A DNA stretch of 64,000 nucleotides, taken from positions 40,714 to 104,713 of the forward strand of contig SVRD01000006.1 in NCBI GenBank assembly GCA_015064955.1. Reading direction: 5' to 3'. Each line of letters begins with the position of its first letter. The stretch's first letter is position 1. Below the pieces are notes generated by a model that made no database searches, was not told the DNA's origin, and worked only from the letters and a program-made list of their open reading frames with translations. Made by a program: the position numbers and the translations under genes. The stretch comes from Oscillospiraceae bacterium. GTDB taxonomy: Bacteria; Bacillota; Clostridia; Oscillospirales; CAG-382. Positions 8,550 through 17,591 of the stretch are shown here, in pieces.

Positions 8550-11500
8550 ATGAAAGTACTTAAGAAATCGTTGTGTCTGCTGATCGTGGCGGTTATGCTT
8601 CTTTCGGTAGTTATCGGCACAATGGTGTCTGCCAACGCCGCTGCGTTTACCATACAGCGTCAGTGGGACTCAAAATGGAAAACCGTTTATGTCGGCGGCA
8701 GAACAATGTATAATACCGCGTGCGGTATATTCTCGATCGTAAATGCTGTCGGTTATCTTACCGGCAACGCTCCCGATGTATATTCTGTTGCCGTTTGGGC
8801 AAACAGCATCGGCGCGTTCAATACCGCTTCCTTCGGCGGTACCGACCGCAGCACTCTTTATCCCAGAATCCAAGCTAAATACGGCTCTACATACGGATTC
8901 ACGTGCGATGTAGCGGGCGGCTCGGGCTATTGGGCAACCGCAGCAAGCACGACTCTTAAAAACCATCTTAAAAACGGCGGTGTTGCAATCGGCCACGTTC
9001 CCGGTCACTTTATTGCGATTGTAGGATATGATGCATCGACCAACAAATTCCACGTTTACGACAGTGCACCCAGCACCTCGAGAGGCACTGCTACATACGG
9101 CGCAACCGGTTTGGGCGACTGCTGGGTTACCCAGTCGAGACTTTCCACCGGCAAGCTTGACCTCGACTGGTTCTGTCTCCTTTCTGCAACCAAGGCACCT
9201 GTTAATAAGGCTTCTCTGAGAGGTCTCCTCAACGGTGGCAACAAGGTTTCGCACAAGGATTACAATACTACCACTCTTCAGGAGCTCCGTGTCGCGTATG
9301 ATGCGGCTGTCGTTGTAAGCAACAACTCCTCCGCAACACAGAGTGAGGTTGACACTGCGGCTAAAAACCTTCTCAACGCACTTTTGAATACAAGTGCAAA
9401 GAACGTTTTGTCGGTTGGCAAGAGCTATACCTCTACCGGTTGCAGCAGAACCGATGATTACTCCGACGACGGCGCTGTTCTTACCGATGGCGCAAAGGGT
9501 AAGACCGACGGCGGCACTACTCAGTATGCGGGTTTCCAGAATACTGCCGAAATCATTATCGACCTCGGTTCTGTTCAGAAGGTAGATACCTTCACAGCAT
9601 ATATGGCAGCAGGCTCTTGGGGCATCGCTGCTCCCACCTCCGCTTGTCTCGAAGCATACGTTTCTACCGACAAAAATATCTACACCAAAGCGGCAAGCAC
9701 TTCTGTTGCTATCGTTACCAACGGCACCGGTACTTACGATGAAACCTGGTCCAATTACAGAATGACTGCAACCTCCGATAAACAACATGATGCAAGATAC
9801 GTAAAGATAGTTATTAAGAACTACGATGGTTCTACCTCTCAACACATCTGGCTTGATGAAGTCGAGGTTTCCTGCTATACCGGCGCACATATCACCGATG
9901 CGATTTATATTTCGGGCATCAACTCAAAGGTTGCCGCAGGCGAAACCAAGATCTTTACCTCCGCGTTCAATAACGGCGTGATCTCCTCTTCTTATGATGC
10001 GGCAAATATCGCTTGGACTATGAACGTTGTTGCAAAGAAGAATTCCGACGGCTCTTACACAGTCAAGAGTGTAGCGGCAGGTGACGGCACCGCTGCTTCG
10101 AGCTATACTCTCGCGTCCGATGAAATTCTTATCGCGGCTCACTCTTGGGAGGATAACGTAGACGATCCCATTGGCGACAGCGCTGATAACTTCAAAAAAC
10201 TCGGCGCGTTGCAGGTTGGCGACAGCCTTTACCTCAGCGGTATCAATACCGACTATTCCTTTATCAATATCGGTGCATTCGTTTCTACCGATACAAAGAA
10301 CGGCTCGGGCACTGTCGGCGGCTCTGACGTAGAACAGCTTGTCGGCGGCAAGACCTTCTGGCTCACTCATTACAATGACAGCGTTGTTGAAGGCGCAGGC
10401 GTTATCATTACCGAATCATACTCCGGTGCGGTTTGGTGGTTGCACGTTGCGTTTGCTCCCACCTCGATCCCCAACGTATATGAGATCACCGCGATCTCCG
10501 ACGGAACCGATATTGGCGACGGCGAAGCACTTTCGATCCCCGCAGGCGGCTTTGTTTATGCGGTGAACTACGGTAACGACTATCCCTCCATCAATGCTGA
10601 CGGAAGCGGCACTGACTATACCTCCGAAAAATGTACCGCCGCTATTATCGACGCTCTTACCTGGAAGGTTGGCGACAAGCTCAAGATAAGCGGCATCGAT
10701 ACCGTGAACAAGACTATTCCCACCTCTACCGCAGGTAAAAAGTGGTATGACGATTCGTACGTTTGCACCGCAAACTACATTATGTATGATCCCAGCGCTA
10801 ACGAAAACCCCGACGTTTCTTATGACACCACAGTATATGATAATATGCTTTGGCTTACCCACTTCAACGATCTCTATAAAGAAGGCGCGGGCGCAATCGT
10901 AACCGATCCTACAATAACCGGAACCCAGTGGAACGATTACTTCGCGTTCACTCCCGTTGAAGGCACAAATATGTATGAAATTACCGCTATTTCCCGCGGT
11001 ATGCACGTTGGTACGTCTACCTTACCTGCACTTCCCGAAGGCGGCTTCATCTATTCGCTCAACCCCGGCAACGACTATCCCACACTTAACCAGACCGGAG
11101 ATACCGCCGGAAAATTCCCCGACCTTCCCGACTATACCTCCGAAAACTGCTTTACTATGGTTTCGATGGTAGAGGATTGGCAGATCGGCGACAGATTTGT
11201 GTTCGGCAACCTTGACCTCAACGGCAAAACTATTCCCACCACTACCGCTTCTAAGGAATGGTACGAGGAAGGCTATGTTTGTACCGCAACCTTCCAGAAG
11301 GTAGTTGAGGAAGAAATTCACGAGCACACTCCCGGTACCGAAGCAAGCTGTACTACCGATCAGATCTGCACCGAATGCGGCGAAGTGCTTGTCGAAGCTT
11401 TGGGACACACCCCGGGCGAAGAAGCAAACTGCACAAGATATCAGACCTGTACCGTTTGCGGCGAGATCCTTGCAAACTCCACCGGACACAAAGCAGGTGA

Positions 11501-11789
11501 GTGGGTAACTCTCGATGACGGCAGCAAGGAACAGCGTTGCACCGTTTGTAACGAGCTTCTTGATTCCGAAGCGGCTCCTGCTCCCAGCGGTTTGCTTGGC
11601 GACATTAACCTTGACGGTGCTATCGACCAGTATGACTATATTCTCGTAAAACGTCACTACTTCGAAACCCGTTATCTCACCGATGACGAAATGACCCGCG
11701 CCGACGTTAACCTCGACGGTGCGATCAATCAGTACGACTACATTTTGATCAAGCGCCACTACTTTGGCACATACGTGATTGAACAGTAA
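8550..11789 (+). CDS. secreted mosaic protein: C39-like cysteine peptidase, discoidin-like domain, three repeated modules, Cys-rich triple repeat, type I dockerin
   Basis: The likely start is the ATG at 8550 (MKVLKK), 5 nt after GGAGG; the tracked ATG at 8538 overlaps the RBS. Signal peptide ends ...SANA/AA. The NTACGIFS Cys and GHFIAIVGYD His resemble the peptidase C39_2 family. The region near WLDEVEV is F5/8-type-C-like. The C-terminal duplicated segments DINLDGAIDQYDY and DVNLDGAINQYDY form a dockerin. Confidence 0.8.
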   Translation: MKVLKKSLCLLIVAVMLLSVVIGTMVSANAAAFTIQRQWDSKWKTVYVGGRTMYNTACGIFSIVNAVGYLTGNAPDVYSVAVWANSIGAFNTASFGGTDRSTLYPRIQAKYGSTYGFTCDVAGGSGYWATAASTTLKNHLKNGGVAIGHVPGHFIAIVGYDASTNKFHVYDSAPSTSRGTATYGATGLGDCWVTQSRLSTGKLDLDWFCLLSATKAPVNKASLRGLLNGGNKVSHKDYNTTTLQELRVAYDAAVVVSNNSSATQSEVDTAAKNLLNALLNTSAKNVLSVGKSYTSTGCSRTDDYSDDGAVLTDGAKGKTDGGTTQYAGFQNTAEIIIDLGSVQKVDTFTAYMAAGSWGIAAPTSACLEAYVSTDKNIYTKAASTSVAIVTNGTGTYDETWSNYRMTATSDKQHDARYVKIVIKNYDGSTSQHIWLDEVEVSCYTGAHITDAIYISGINSKVAAGETKIFTSAFNNGVISSSYDAANIAWTMNVVAKKNSDGSYTVKSVAAGDGTAASSYTLASDEILIAAHSWEDNVDDPIGDSADNFKKLGALQVGDSLYLSGINTDYSFINIGAFVSTDTKNGSGTVGGSDVEQLVGGKTFWLTHYNDSVVEGAGVIITESYSGAVWWLHVAFAPTSIPNVYEITAISDGTDIGDGEALSIPAGGFVYAVNYGNDYPSINADGSGTDYTSEKCTAAIIDALTWKVGDKLKISGIDTVNKTIPTSTAGKKWYDDSYVCTANYIMYDPSANENPDVSYDTTVYDNMLWLTHFNDLYKEGAGAIVTDPTITGTQWNDYFAFTPVEGTNMYEITAISRGMHVGTSTLPALPEGGFIYSLNPGNDYPTLNQTGDTAGKFPDLPDYTSENCFTMVSMVEDWQIGDRFVFGNLDLNGKTIPTTTASKEWYEEGYVCTATFQKVVEEEIHEHTPGTEASCTTDQICTECGEVLVEALGHTPGEEANCTRYQTCTVCGEILANSTGHKAGEWVTLDDGSKEQRCTVCNELLDSEAAPAPSGLLGDINLDGAIDQYDYILVKRHYFETRYLTDDEMTRADVNLDGAINQYDYILIKRHYFGTYVIEQ
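10356..11294 (+). repeat. tandem coding repeat, two modules of roughly 140-150 aa inside the dockerin protein
   Basis: FWLTHYNDSVVEGAGVII...YEITAISDG...GGFVYAVNYGNDYP...YVCTANY is repeated as LWLTHFNDLYKEGAGAIV...YEITAISRG...GGFIYSLNPGNDYP...YVCTATF. A more diverged third copy lies upstream, at roughly 9900-10300. Confidence 0.75.
11316..11561 (+). repeat. three Cys-rich repeats, GH(T/K)(P/A)GxEx...C(T)xCxE(x)L
   Basis: HTPGTEASCTTDQICTECGEVL, then HTPGEEANCTRYQTCTVCGEIL, then HKAGEWVTLDDGSKEQRCTVCNELL. Confidence 0.7.
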
Positions 11790-11803
11790 AGTAGCATAAC
11801 ATT

Positions 11804-11838
11804 AAAGAAGCAAGTCGGTAACGGCTTGCTTCTTTTTA
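11804..11838 (+). terminator. rho-independent terminator
   Basis: 13-bp stem aagaagcaagtcg/cggcttgcttctt (one G-U pair), GTAA loop, T-run. Confidence 0.8.
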
Positions 11839-11882
11839 TAAGCTTATTAAGAAAAATTCTCAATAAATTTTTAAAAACCCCC

Positions 11883-11910
11883 TTTACAAAGTAAAAAAAT
11901 ATGTTATAAT
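11883..11910 (+). promoter_or_regulatory. promoter of the oxidative-stress operon
   Basis: TTTACA (11883-11888), 16-nt spacer containing an extended -10 TG, TATAAT (11905-11910). Confidence 0.6.
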
Positions 11911-11941
11911 TAAGCCAAGAACAGCGAAAGGAAAGAAATAT

Positions 11942-13732
11942 ATGAATATAACAAACGATATTAAATATATCGGCGTTAACGATAACGATATCGATCTTTT
12001 CGAGGGACAATACGTTGTTCCCAACGGTATGGCATATAATTCTTATGCTATAATCGACGAAAAGATAGCGATCATGGACACCGTTGACGCAAGATTCGGC
12101 CATGAGTGGCTCGACAATATTCAAAACGTTCTCGGCGGCAAAAAACCTGATTATATCATCATTCAGCATATGGAGCCCGACCATTCGGCGAATCTTCTGA
12201 ACTTTACAAAAGCATATCCCGATACGAAGATAGTTGCTTCTGCGAAAGCGTTTGTGATGATGAAAAACTTCTTCGGAACAGATTTTTCCGACCGTCAGAT
12301 AGTTGTAGGCGAGGGAAGTACACTTTCACTCGGTAAACACAATCTCACATTCGTAACCGCTCCGATGGTTCACTGGCCCGAGGTCATCGTTACCTATGAC
12401 AGCACCGATAAGGTTCTTTTCTCGGCAGACGGCTTCGGTAAATTCGGCGCACTCGATGTCGATGAGGATTGGGCGTGTGAGGCAAGAAGATATTATATCG
12501 GTATTGTCGGCAAATACGGCGCGCAGGTACAGTCTCTGCTTAAAAAGGCGTCTGCACTCGATATCAGCATCATTTGTCCGCTCCACGGACCTGTTCTTAC
12601 CGAAAATCTCGGTTACTATCTTAATCTCTATAATACCTGGTCGAGTTATTCTGTCGAAAGCGACGGTATCGTGATTGCATATACCTCTATATACGGCAAC
12701 ACCAAAAAAGCGGTTCTTCAGCTTGCCGAAAAGCTGAAGTCAAACGGCTGTCCAAAGGTCGTTGTTAACGATTTGGCAAGATGCGATATGGCAGAAGCCG
12801 TCGAGGACGCGTTCCGCTACGGAAAGCTCGTTCTCGCTACTACGACATATAACGCAGATATTTTCCCCTTTATGCGCACATTTATCGAACATCTTACCGA
12901 GCGCAACTACCAAAACCGCACGGTAGCTTTCATCGAAAACGGCAGTTGGGCACCGCTCGCTGCAAAGGTTATGAAGGAAATGCTTTCGGGCAGTAAGAAT
13001 ATTACCTATACCGAAAATAATGTGAAGATTCTTTCCGCACTTAACGATGAAAGCAATGCTCAGCTCAATGCACTTGCTGATGAGCTTTGTCAGGAATATC
13101 TCGCTCGTCAGGATTCTACCGCAAACAAAAACGACCTTACGGCGCTCTTCAATATCGGCTACGGCTTGTACGTTGTTACAAGCAACGACGGAAAGAAGGA
13201 TAACGGACTTATCGTGAATACGGTTTCTCAGGTAACCAATTCGCCCAATAAGATTGCCGTAACAATAAATAAAGAAAACTATTCGCACCACGTTATAAAA
13301 CAAACCGGCATTATGAACGTTAACTGCCTTTCGGTCGATGCACCCTTCAAGGTATTTGAGACATTCGGCTTCCAAAGCGGCAGAAACGTCGATAAATTCA
13401 AGGATTGCACCCCTCTCCGCTCGGATAACGGACTTGTTTTCCTGCCCAAGTATATCAATTCCTTTATGTCGCTGAAGGTTGAGCAATATGTCGACCTCGA
13501 CACCCACGGAATGTTTATCTGTACCGTAACCGAGTCGCGAGTTATAACCACAGCCGAAACAATGACGTATACCTACTATCAGAACAACGTCAAGCCCAAA
13601 CCTCAGACCGATGGCAAAAAGGGCTGGGTATGCAGAATATGCGGCTATGTATATGAGGGCGATCCACTTCCCGAAGATTTCATCTGCCCGCTGTGCAAGC
13701 ACGGTGCAAGTGATTTTGAACCTATTGAATAA
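11942..13732 (+). CDS. multidomain flavodiiron protein: metallo-beta-lactamase-like diiron, flavodoxin-like, flavin-reductase-like and rubredoxin domains
   Basis: 596 aa. Diiron motif HMEPDH. Flavodoxin-like stretch VIAYTSIYGNTKK. The flavin-reductase-like region reads GLYVVTSNDGKKDNGLIVNTVSQV. C-terminal rubredoxin reads WVCRICGYVYEG...CPLCKHG. Confidence 0.85.
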   Translation: MNITNDIKYIGVNDNDIDLFEGQYVVPNGMAYNSYAIIDEKIAIMDTVDARFGHEWLDNIQNVLGGKKPDYIIIQHMEPDHSANLLNFTKAYPDTKIVASAKAFVMMKNFFGTDFSDRQIVVGEGSTLSLGKHNLTFVTAPMVHWPEVIVTYDSTDKVLFSADGFGKFGALDVDEDWACEARRYYIGIVGKYGAQVQSLLKKASALDISIICPLHGPVLTENLGYYLNLYNTWSSYSVESDGIVIAYTSIYGNTKKAVLQLAEKLKSNGCPKVVVNDLARCDMAEAVEDAFRYGKLVLATTTYNADIFPFMRTFIEHLTERNYQNRTVAFIENGSWAPLAAKVMKEMLSGSKNITYTENNVKILSALNDESNAQLNALADELCQEYLARQDSTANKNDLTALFNIGYGLYVVTSNDGKKDNGLIVNTVSQVTNSPNKIAVTINKENYSHHVIKQTGIMNVNCLSVDAPFKVFETFGFQSGRNVDKFKDCTPLRSDNGLVFLPKYINSFMSLKVEQYVDLDTHGMFICTVTESRVITTAETMTYTYYQNNVKPKPQTDGKKGWVCRICGYVYEGDPLPEDFICPLCKHGASDFEPIE

Positions 13733-13754
13733 AGATTTTAAAGGAGTAACTGTT

Positions 13755-14135
13755 ATGAAAGAAGCAAAATTCTATGTATGTGAGACCTGCGGTAATTTAG
13801 TAGGTATGATCAACGAATCCGGCGTGAATATGGTATGCTGCGGCAAGAAAATGACTCATATCGTTCCCGGCACCGTTGAAGCGAGCAAGGAAAAGCATAT
13901 CCCCGTTGTTACCGTTAGCGAGGGTGTTGTAAACGTAAACGTTGGCTCGGTAGACCACCCTATGACCGAAGAGCATCTCATCGAATGGGTATATGTCCAA
14001 ACCGACCGCGGTGGTCAGAGAAAGTGCCTGAAGGCCGGCGACGCTCCCAACGTATCCTTTGCGTTGAAGGACGAAACTCCCGTTGCAGTTTATGCTTACT
14101 GCAATCTTCACGGTCTTTGGAAAGCAGATCTTTAA
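13755..14135 (+). CDS. dfx: desulfoferrodoxin (superoxide reductase, class I)
   Basis: The tracked ORF starts at 13611 inside the upstream gene. The real start is the ATG at 13755, after an AAGGAG RBS. N-terminal CETC...CC desulforedoxin-like site, plus EKHIPV, HPMTEEH and CNLHG ligands of the SOR centre. Confidence 0.85.
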   Translation: MKEAKFYVCETCGNLVGMINESGVNMVCCGKKMTHIVPGTVEASKEKHIPVVTVSEGVVNVNVGSVDHPMTEEHLIEWVYVQTDRGGQRKCLKAGDAPNVSFALKDETPVAVYAYCNLHGLWKADL

Positions 14136-14153
14136 TTCGGAGGTAATATAATT

Positions 14154-14312
14154 ATGAAATATGTATGTGACGTATGCGGTTGGGAATACGATATCGAAGA
14201 AGGAGCTGCCGAATACGGTATCGCGCCCGGAACAAAGCCCGAGGATCTCCCCGAAGATTTTGAATGCCCCCTCTGTGGAGTAGGTAAAGATAACTTTTCT
14301 GTTGTAGAATAA
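14154..14312 (+). CDS. rd: rubredoxin (52 aa, below the ORF-track cutoff)
   Basis: Translation reads [52 protein letters not shown]. It has two CxxCG knuckles. GGAGGT RBS at 14139-14144. Confidence 0.9.
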   Translation: MKYVCDVCGWEYDIEEGAAEYGIAPGTKPEDLPEDFECPLCGVGKDNFSVVE

Positions 14313-14331
14313 GTCTTTGGAGGTTTTGGCG

Positions 14332-14547
14332 ATGAAGGAAAACTATACTGTTTGCAACTGTATGAAGGTAAGCTACGGCGATATCGAGGACGCTTTGCAT
14401 AATCTCAAATCGTTCGGCGACGTGCTCGAAGCGTTCAAAGGCGTTCAGCTTGCTACAAAATGCTCGACAGGCTGCGGCGGCTGTCATCAAAAGGTTCTGG
14501 ATATCATTTCCGAGCTTATGATGGCTCCCTCTGCCGACAGAACATAA
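14332..14547 (+). CDS. BFD-like (2Fe-2S)-binding domain protein
   Basis: 71 aa from the ATG at 14332, with GGAGG at 14319-14323. The CNC...C(x2)C pattern (CNCMKV ... CGGCHQKV) is typical of BFD-like 2Fe-2S domains. The tracked TTG at 14317 is less likely. Confidence 0.7.
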   Translation: MKENYTVCNCMKVSYGDIEDALHNLKSFGDVLEAFKGVQLATKCSTGCGGCHQKVLDIISELMMAPSADRT

Positions 14548-14559
14548 TGCTTTAAATCG

Positions 14560-14595
14560 ACGGGCAGAGTATAACCTCTGCCCGTTCATATTTAT
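14560..14595 (+). terminator. hairpin terminator after the oxidative-stress operon
   Basis: Perfect 10-bp stem acgggcagag/ctctgcccgt with a 6-nt loop. The tail is only moderately T-rich. Confidence 0.55.
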
Positions 14596-14608
14596 AGGGT
14601 GAAATTCT

Positions 14609-15361
14609 ATGGAAATGGTACTTTTAACCGCACTCGGAGTGGGCGGAGCAACAGTTTTCGGCTCGCTTATCGGGTTTGCGTTCAAAAAAATATCGCATAA
14701 ATTCTCGGATATCATTCTCTCGTTTGCCGCCGGCGTTATGCTTGCGGCGGCAGTGCTCGGGCTCGTTATCCCATCGCTCGAATACGGCGGTAAATACGGA
14801 TTGATAATAACCGTGGCGGGTATTTTTACGGGCGCGGTTTGCTTAAACCTTATCGATAAGCTTGTTCCTCATCTCCACCGCTTTGTCGGTAATGAGGACG
14901 AAGCTCACGGAAATACCAATCTTAACAAGGTCTTGCTTTTCGTTCTGGCTATTGCGATTCATAATCTACCCGAGGGAATTGCCGCGGGCGTAGGATTCGG
15001 CTCGGGTGATAATACCCAAGCGATGATAATTGCAGGCGGTATCGCACTTCAGAATATCCCCGAGGGCATGGTAATAATCGCGCCGATGCTTTCTGCGGGC
15101 GTCACTCCGCGCAAAACCTTTGTCTGTGCGATGATGACAGGGCTTGTTGAGGTCGTCGGAACACTGCTTGGATACTTTGCGGTTAGCATTGCTTCGGCGA
15201 TATTGCCGTTCGCACTCGCCTTTGCGGGCGGTACGATGCTCTACGTTATAAGCGACGAAATGATACCCGAAACACATTCCCACGGAAATCAACGCGGAGC
15301 AACCTATTCGTTATTGCTCGGATTTTGTATAATGCTCGCAACCGACGTTTTGCTCGGGTAA
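14609..15361 (+). CDS. ZIP family metal (zinc) transporter
   Basis: 250 aa, polytopic. Contains HNLPEGIAAG and LQNIPEGM motifs as in ZupT. Confidence 0.8.
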   Translation: MEMVLLTALGVGGATVFGSLIGFAFKKISHKFSDIILSFAAGVMLAAAVLGLVIPSLEYGGKYGLIITVAGIFTGAVCLNLIDKLVPHLHRFVGNEDEAHGNTNLNKVLLFVLAIAIHNLPEGIAAGVGFGSGDNTQAMIIAGGIALQNIPEGMVIIAPMLSAGVTPRKTFVCAMMTGLVEVVGTLLGYFAVSIASAILPFALAFAGGTMLYVISDEMIPETHSHGNQRGATYSLLLGFCIMLATDVLLG

Positions 15362-15372
15362 TATCAGATAAT

Positions 15373-15406
15373 AAAAAACCGTGTATCTGCTGATACACGG
15401 TTTTTT
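15373..15406. terminator. bidirectional rho-independent terminator
   Basis: Stem ccgtgtatc/gatacacgg is flanked by an A-run and a T-run. It sits between convergent genes. Confidence 0.8.
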
Positions 15407-15408
15407 AA

Positions 15409-17205
15409 CTAATCAAGCGCGTTTATGAAGTCTTCGTTTTCGTCATAGGAATAACAACTGCGAAGTTCTTCCTTGGGGGTACCGACAATAACGGTCTTTA
15501 CAATCGAAACTGTGGAGTGATTTTCGCCGTTGCTTTGCTCTTTGTAAACCCCGATCTTGCAGTCATTGCTGATACCGTTTATCTTTTGAAGCCTATCACA
15601 GCCGTCAAAAGAACCGTAGGAAATCAATTTCACACTTTCGGGAAGGGTTATTTCGGTTATATTGCTTCCGTCAAAATAGAGATATTTAAACGCCTCACGA
15701 GCAAGCTCGTTTCTTGTGTTTTCGTCGCTTACCGCGTCCAAAAACTTAACAGCATCGTTATAGCAAGCCTCCTCATCGTAGCCGTAAACCTCAAGTATCG
15801 CAGAGAGTCTGTCCTTTTCATCGAATACAAGATACTTTTCGAGCTCGTAATAACCGATTCCGTTGCTGTCGATCTTTTCTGCGAAAAATGCTTCAAATAC
15901 CTTCGCATCGCGTTCGGGATTTGCTCCGATAGTCATTCCGAAGCGTGTTTCGGTTTTTTCGATATCCTCGGCATTCGTAATCATTTCTTTGATCGCTTTC
16001 ATCGATTCAAAGGTGAGATAACTCGGAACGTTTCTTTTGGGCTTTGCGGCATTTAGCCCCCAACAGAAATTGATTTCGACAACCGTGTCGCCGTTGGGAG
16101 CCTTTTCGGGAATGATCAAGTGGATATCTCCGGAATAATCCTTGTCAACTCTTATCTCGCTTACAACACAAGTGCCGTCGCCGTTGCTTTTGTAAACGAA
16201 ATTATAAGGCTGTTCGCCAAATGTTTCGGTTTTTACCTCTTTCCATTTCATACCGTCGGCATCCGCGGCGCAGGCAACAAGCGCTGCAATACAGAGCAAT
16301 ATGCAGATAAGATTAACGAAAAATTTGGGTTTTTTCCAATAAAGAGCGTGCTTAATACGTTTCTTTGCGTTAGAACTGCTTTCGCTGAACGCTATCGGGC
16401 TTGGGGCGGGAAAGCGTTTGTTTGAAGCAAAGGAAAGCAGTGCGAGTGTATAATTCTTTTTCATCACTTCGTCTCCTTTAGTTCGTAACACCTTTTCGTC
16501 ACAGCTCATTTCCATATCAAGACTCATAAGTCTGAATGCGATCCAACAAAGCGGATTGAACCAATGAACCGCGAGAATAAGGAATGCCATTGGCTTGATA
16601 ATATGGTCAAGCCTTCTGATGTGACAACGCTCGTGGAGAAGTATCTGCTCGAGCGTGTTTTTGTCGAGCCCGTATGGAATATATATTCTGGGCTTGAAGT
16701 AGCCGAGCGCAAAGGGTGTGCTTACCTTTTCCGACATAAAGACGTTTCCTTCATATCGTATCGCGTTCGACATCATTATTTTTAGTTTGAAATATGAAAA
16801 CAGAGTATAAATCAGTGCGACAGTCGTTCCGACAAACCATATCACCATAACAACGGTGTTGAAAATGTCAATAAAATCAGCTTTCTTGACAAATTCAATA
16901 CTCGCACCGCCGCTGACAAAGTCAGGGTCATAAACGGGAACAGAGGGTGAAGAAGTATTACCGTTGATGATAATATCTCCTCCGACGTTGGGTAAGCTCG
17001 GAGCTTTCGGAGCGACAAACGAGAAAATGCTGAATATCGCTCTGAAGCTGATCGGACAGCAAAGTCTGAATCCGACAACGATCCACAGCAGGTAAGAATA
17101 TTTCCTCGGAGCCTTGCTCAAAAGAGCGCGTAAAAGGATAACGGCAATAATTACAACGCCGCCTTTTATGCTCATTTCGAGTATAGTGTTGAAAAAATCA
17201 ACCAT
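15409..17205 (-). CDS. BlaR1/MecR1-type M56 peptidase sensor with a non-PBP extracellular domain
   Basis: 598 aa. N-terminal TM helices and the HERCHIRRLDH zinc motif. After the last TM there is a roughly 300-aa extracellular region with BspA-type LRR-like segments (ITEITLPESVKLISYGSFDGC). No penicillin-binding SxxK motif was seen. Confidence 0.75.
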   Translation of the reverse strand: MVDFFNTILEMSIKGGVVIIAVILLRALLSKAPRKYSYLLWIVVGFRLCCPISFRAIFSIFSFVAPKAPSLPNVGGDIIINGNTSSPSVPVYDPDFVSGGASIEFVKKADFIDIFNTVVMVIWFVGTTVALIYTLFSYFKLKIMMSNAIRYEGNVFMSEKVSTPFALGYFKPRIYIPYGLDKNTLEQILLHERCHIRRLDHIIKPMAFLILAVHWFNPLCWIAFRLMSLDMEMSCDEKVLRTKGDEVMKKNYTLALLSFASNKRFPAPSPIAFSESSSNAKKRIKHALYWKKPKFFVNLICILLCIAALVACAADADGMKWKEVKTETFGEQPYNFVYKSNGDGTCVVSEIRVDKDYSGDIHLIIPEKAPNGDTVVEINFCWGLNAAKPKRNVPSYLTFESMKAIKEMITNAEDIEKTETRFGMTIGANPERDAKVFEAFFAEKIDSNGIGYYELEKYLVFDEKDRLSAILEVYGYDEEACYNDAVKFLDAVSDENTRNELAREAFKYLYFDGSNITEITLPESVKLISYGSFDGCDRLQKINGISNDCKIGVYKEQSNGENHSTVSIVKTVIVGTPKEELRSCYSYDENEDFINALD

Positions 17206-17569
17206 TTTCTTCCTCTTTGTGTTCGTCGATAAGCTTCTTCAGCTCGTCTGCTTCTTTCTGTGAAAGAGTCTTTCCGCCGAGAAATGCAACCAAAAACTTA
17301 GGCAAAGAGCCCTCGAATGTATGGTCGACAAAATGCTCGCTTGCGTAGGTTTGCACCATGTCGCGCGGAATTGTTGCAGAGACTATCGTGTTTTCGTTAC
17401 GGGCGAACCCCTTTTCGCAAAGCTTTTTGAGTGTGGTATAGGTCGTGGGCTTCTTCCAACCCAGCTTATCCGCGCAAAGCTCAACAAGCTTACCCGAGGG
17501 AAGCGGTTCGTTGTCCCATATAATGCTCATAAATCTGTAATCGCTTTCGCAAAGCTTTAAGTTTTCCAT
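17198..17569 (-). CDS. BlaI/MecI/CopY family transcriptional repressor
   Basis: 123 aa winged-helix protein (SEADYRFMSIIW-like N-terminus). Its stop overlaps the M56 gene start by 8 nt. Confidence 0.85.
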   Translation of the reverse strand: MENLKLCESDYRFMSIIWDNEPLPSGKLVELCADKLGWKKPTTYTTLKKLCEKGFARNENTIVSATIPRDMVQTYASEHFVDHTFEGSLPKFLVAFLGGKTLSQKEADELKKLIDEHKEEENG

Positions 17570-17591
17570 AAAATCACCTTAACATTAAATT

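Noticed and set aside
11895-11915. PerR/Fur-type box at the flavodiiron operon promoter (GTTATAATTAAG).
   Set aside because: It is only a partial match to the TTATAATnATTATAA dyad and coincides with the -10 box itself. I cannot distinguish it from promoter sequence.
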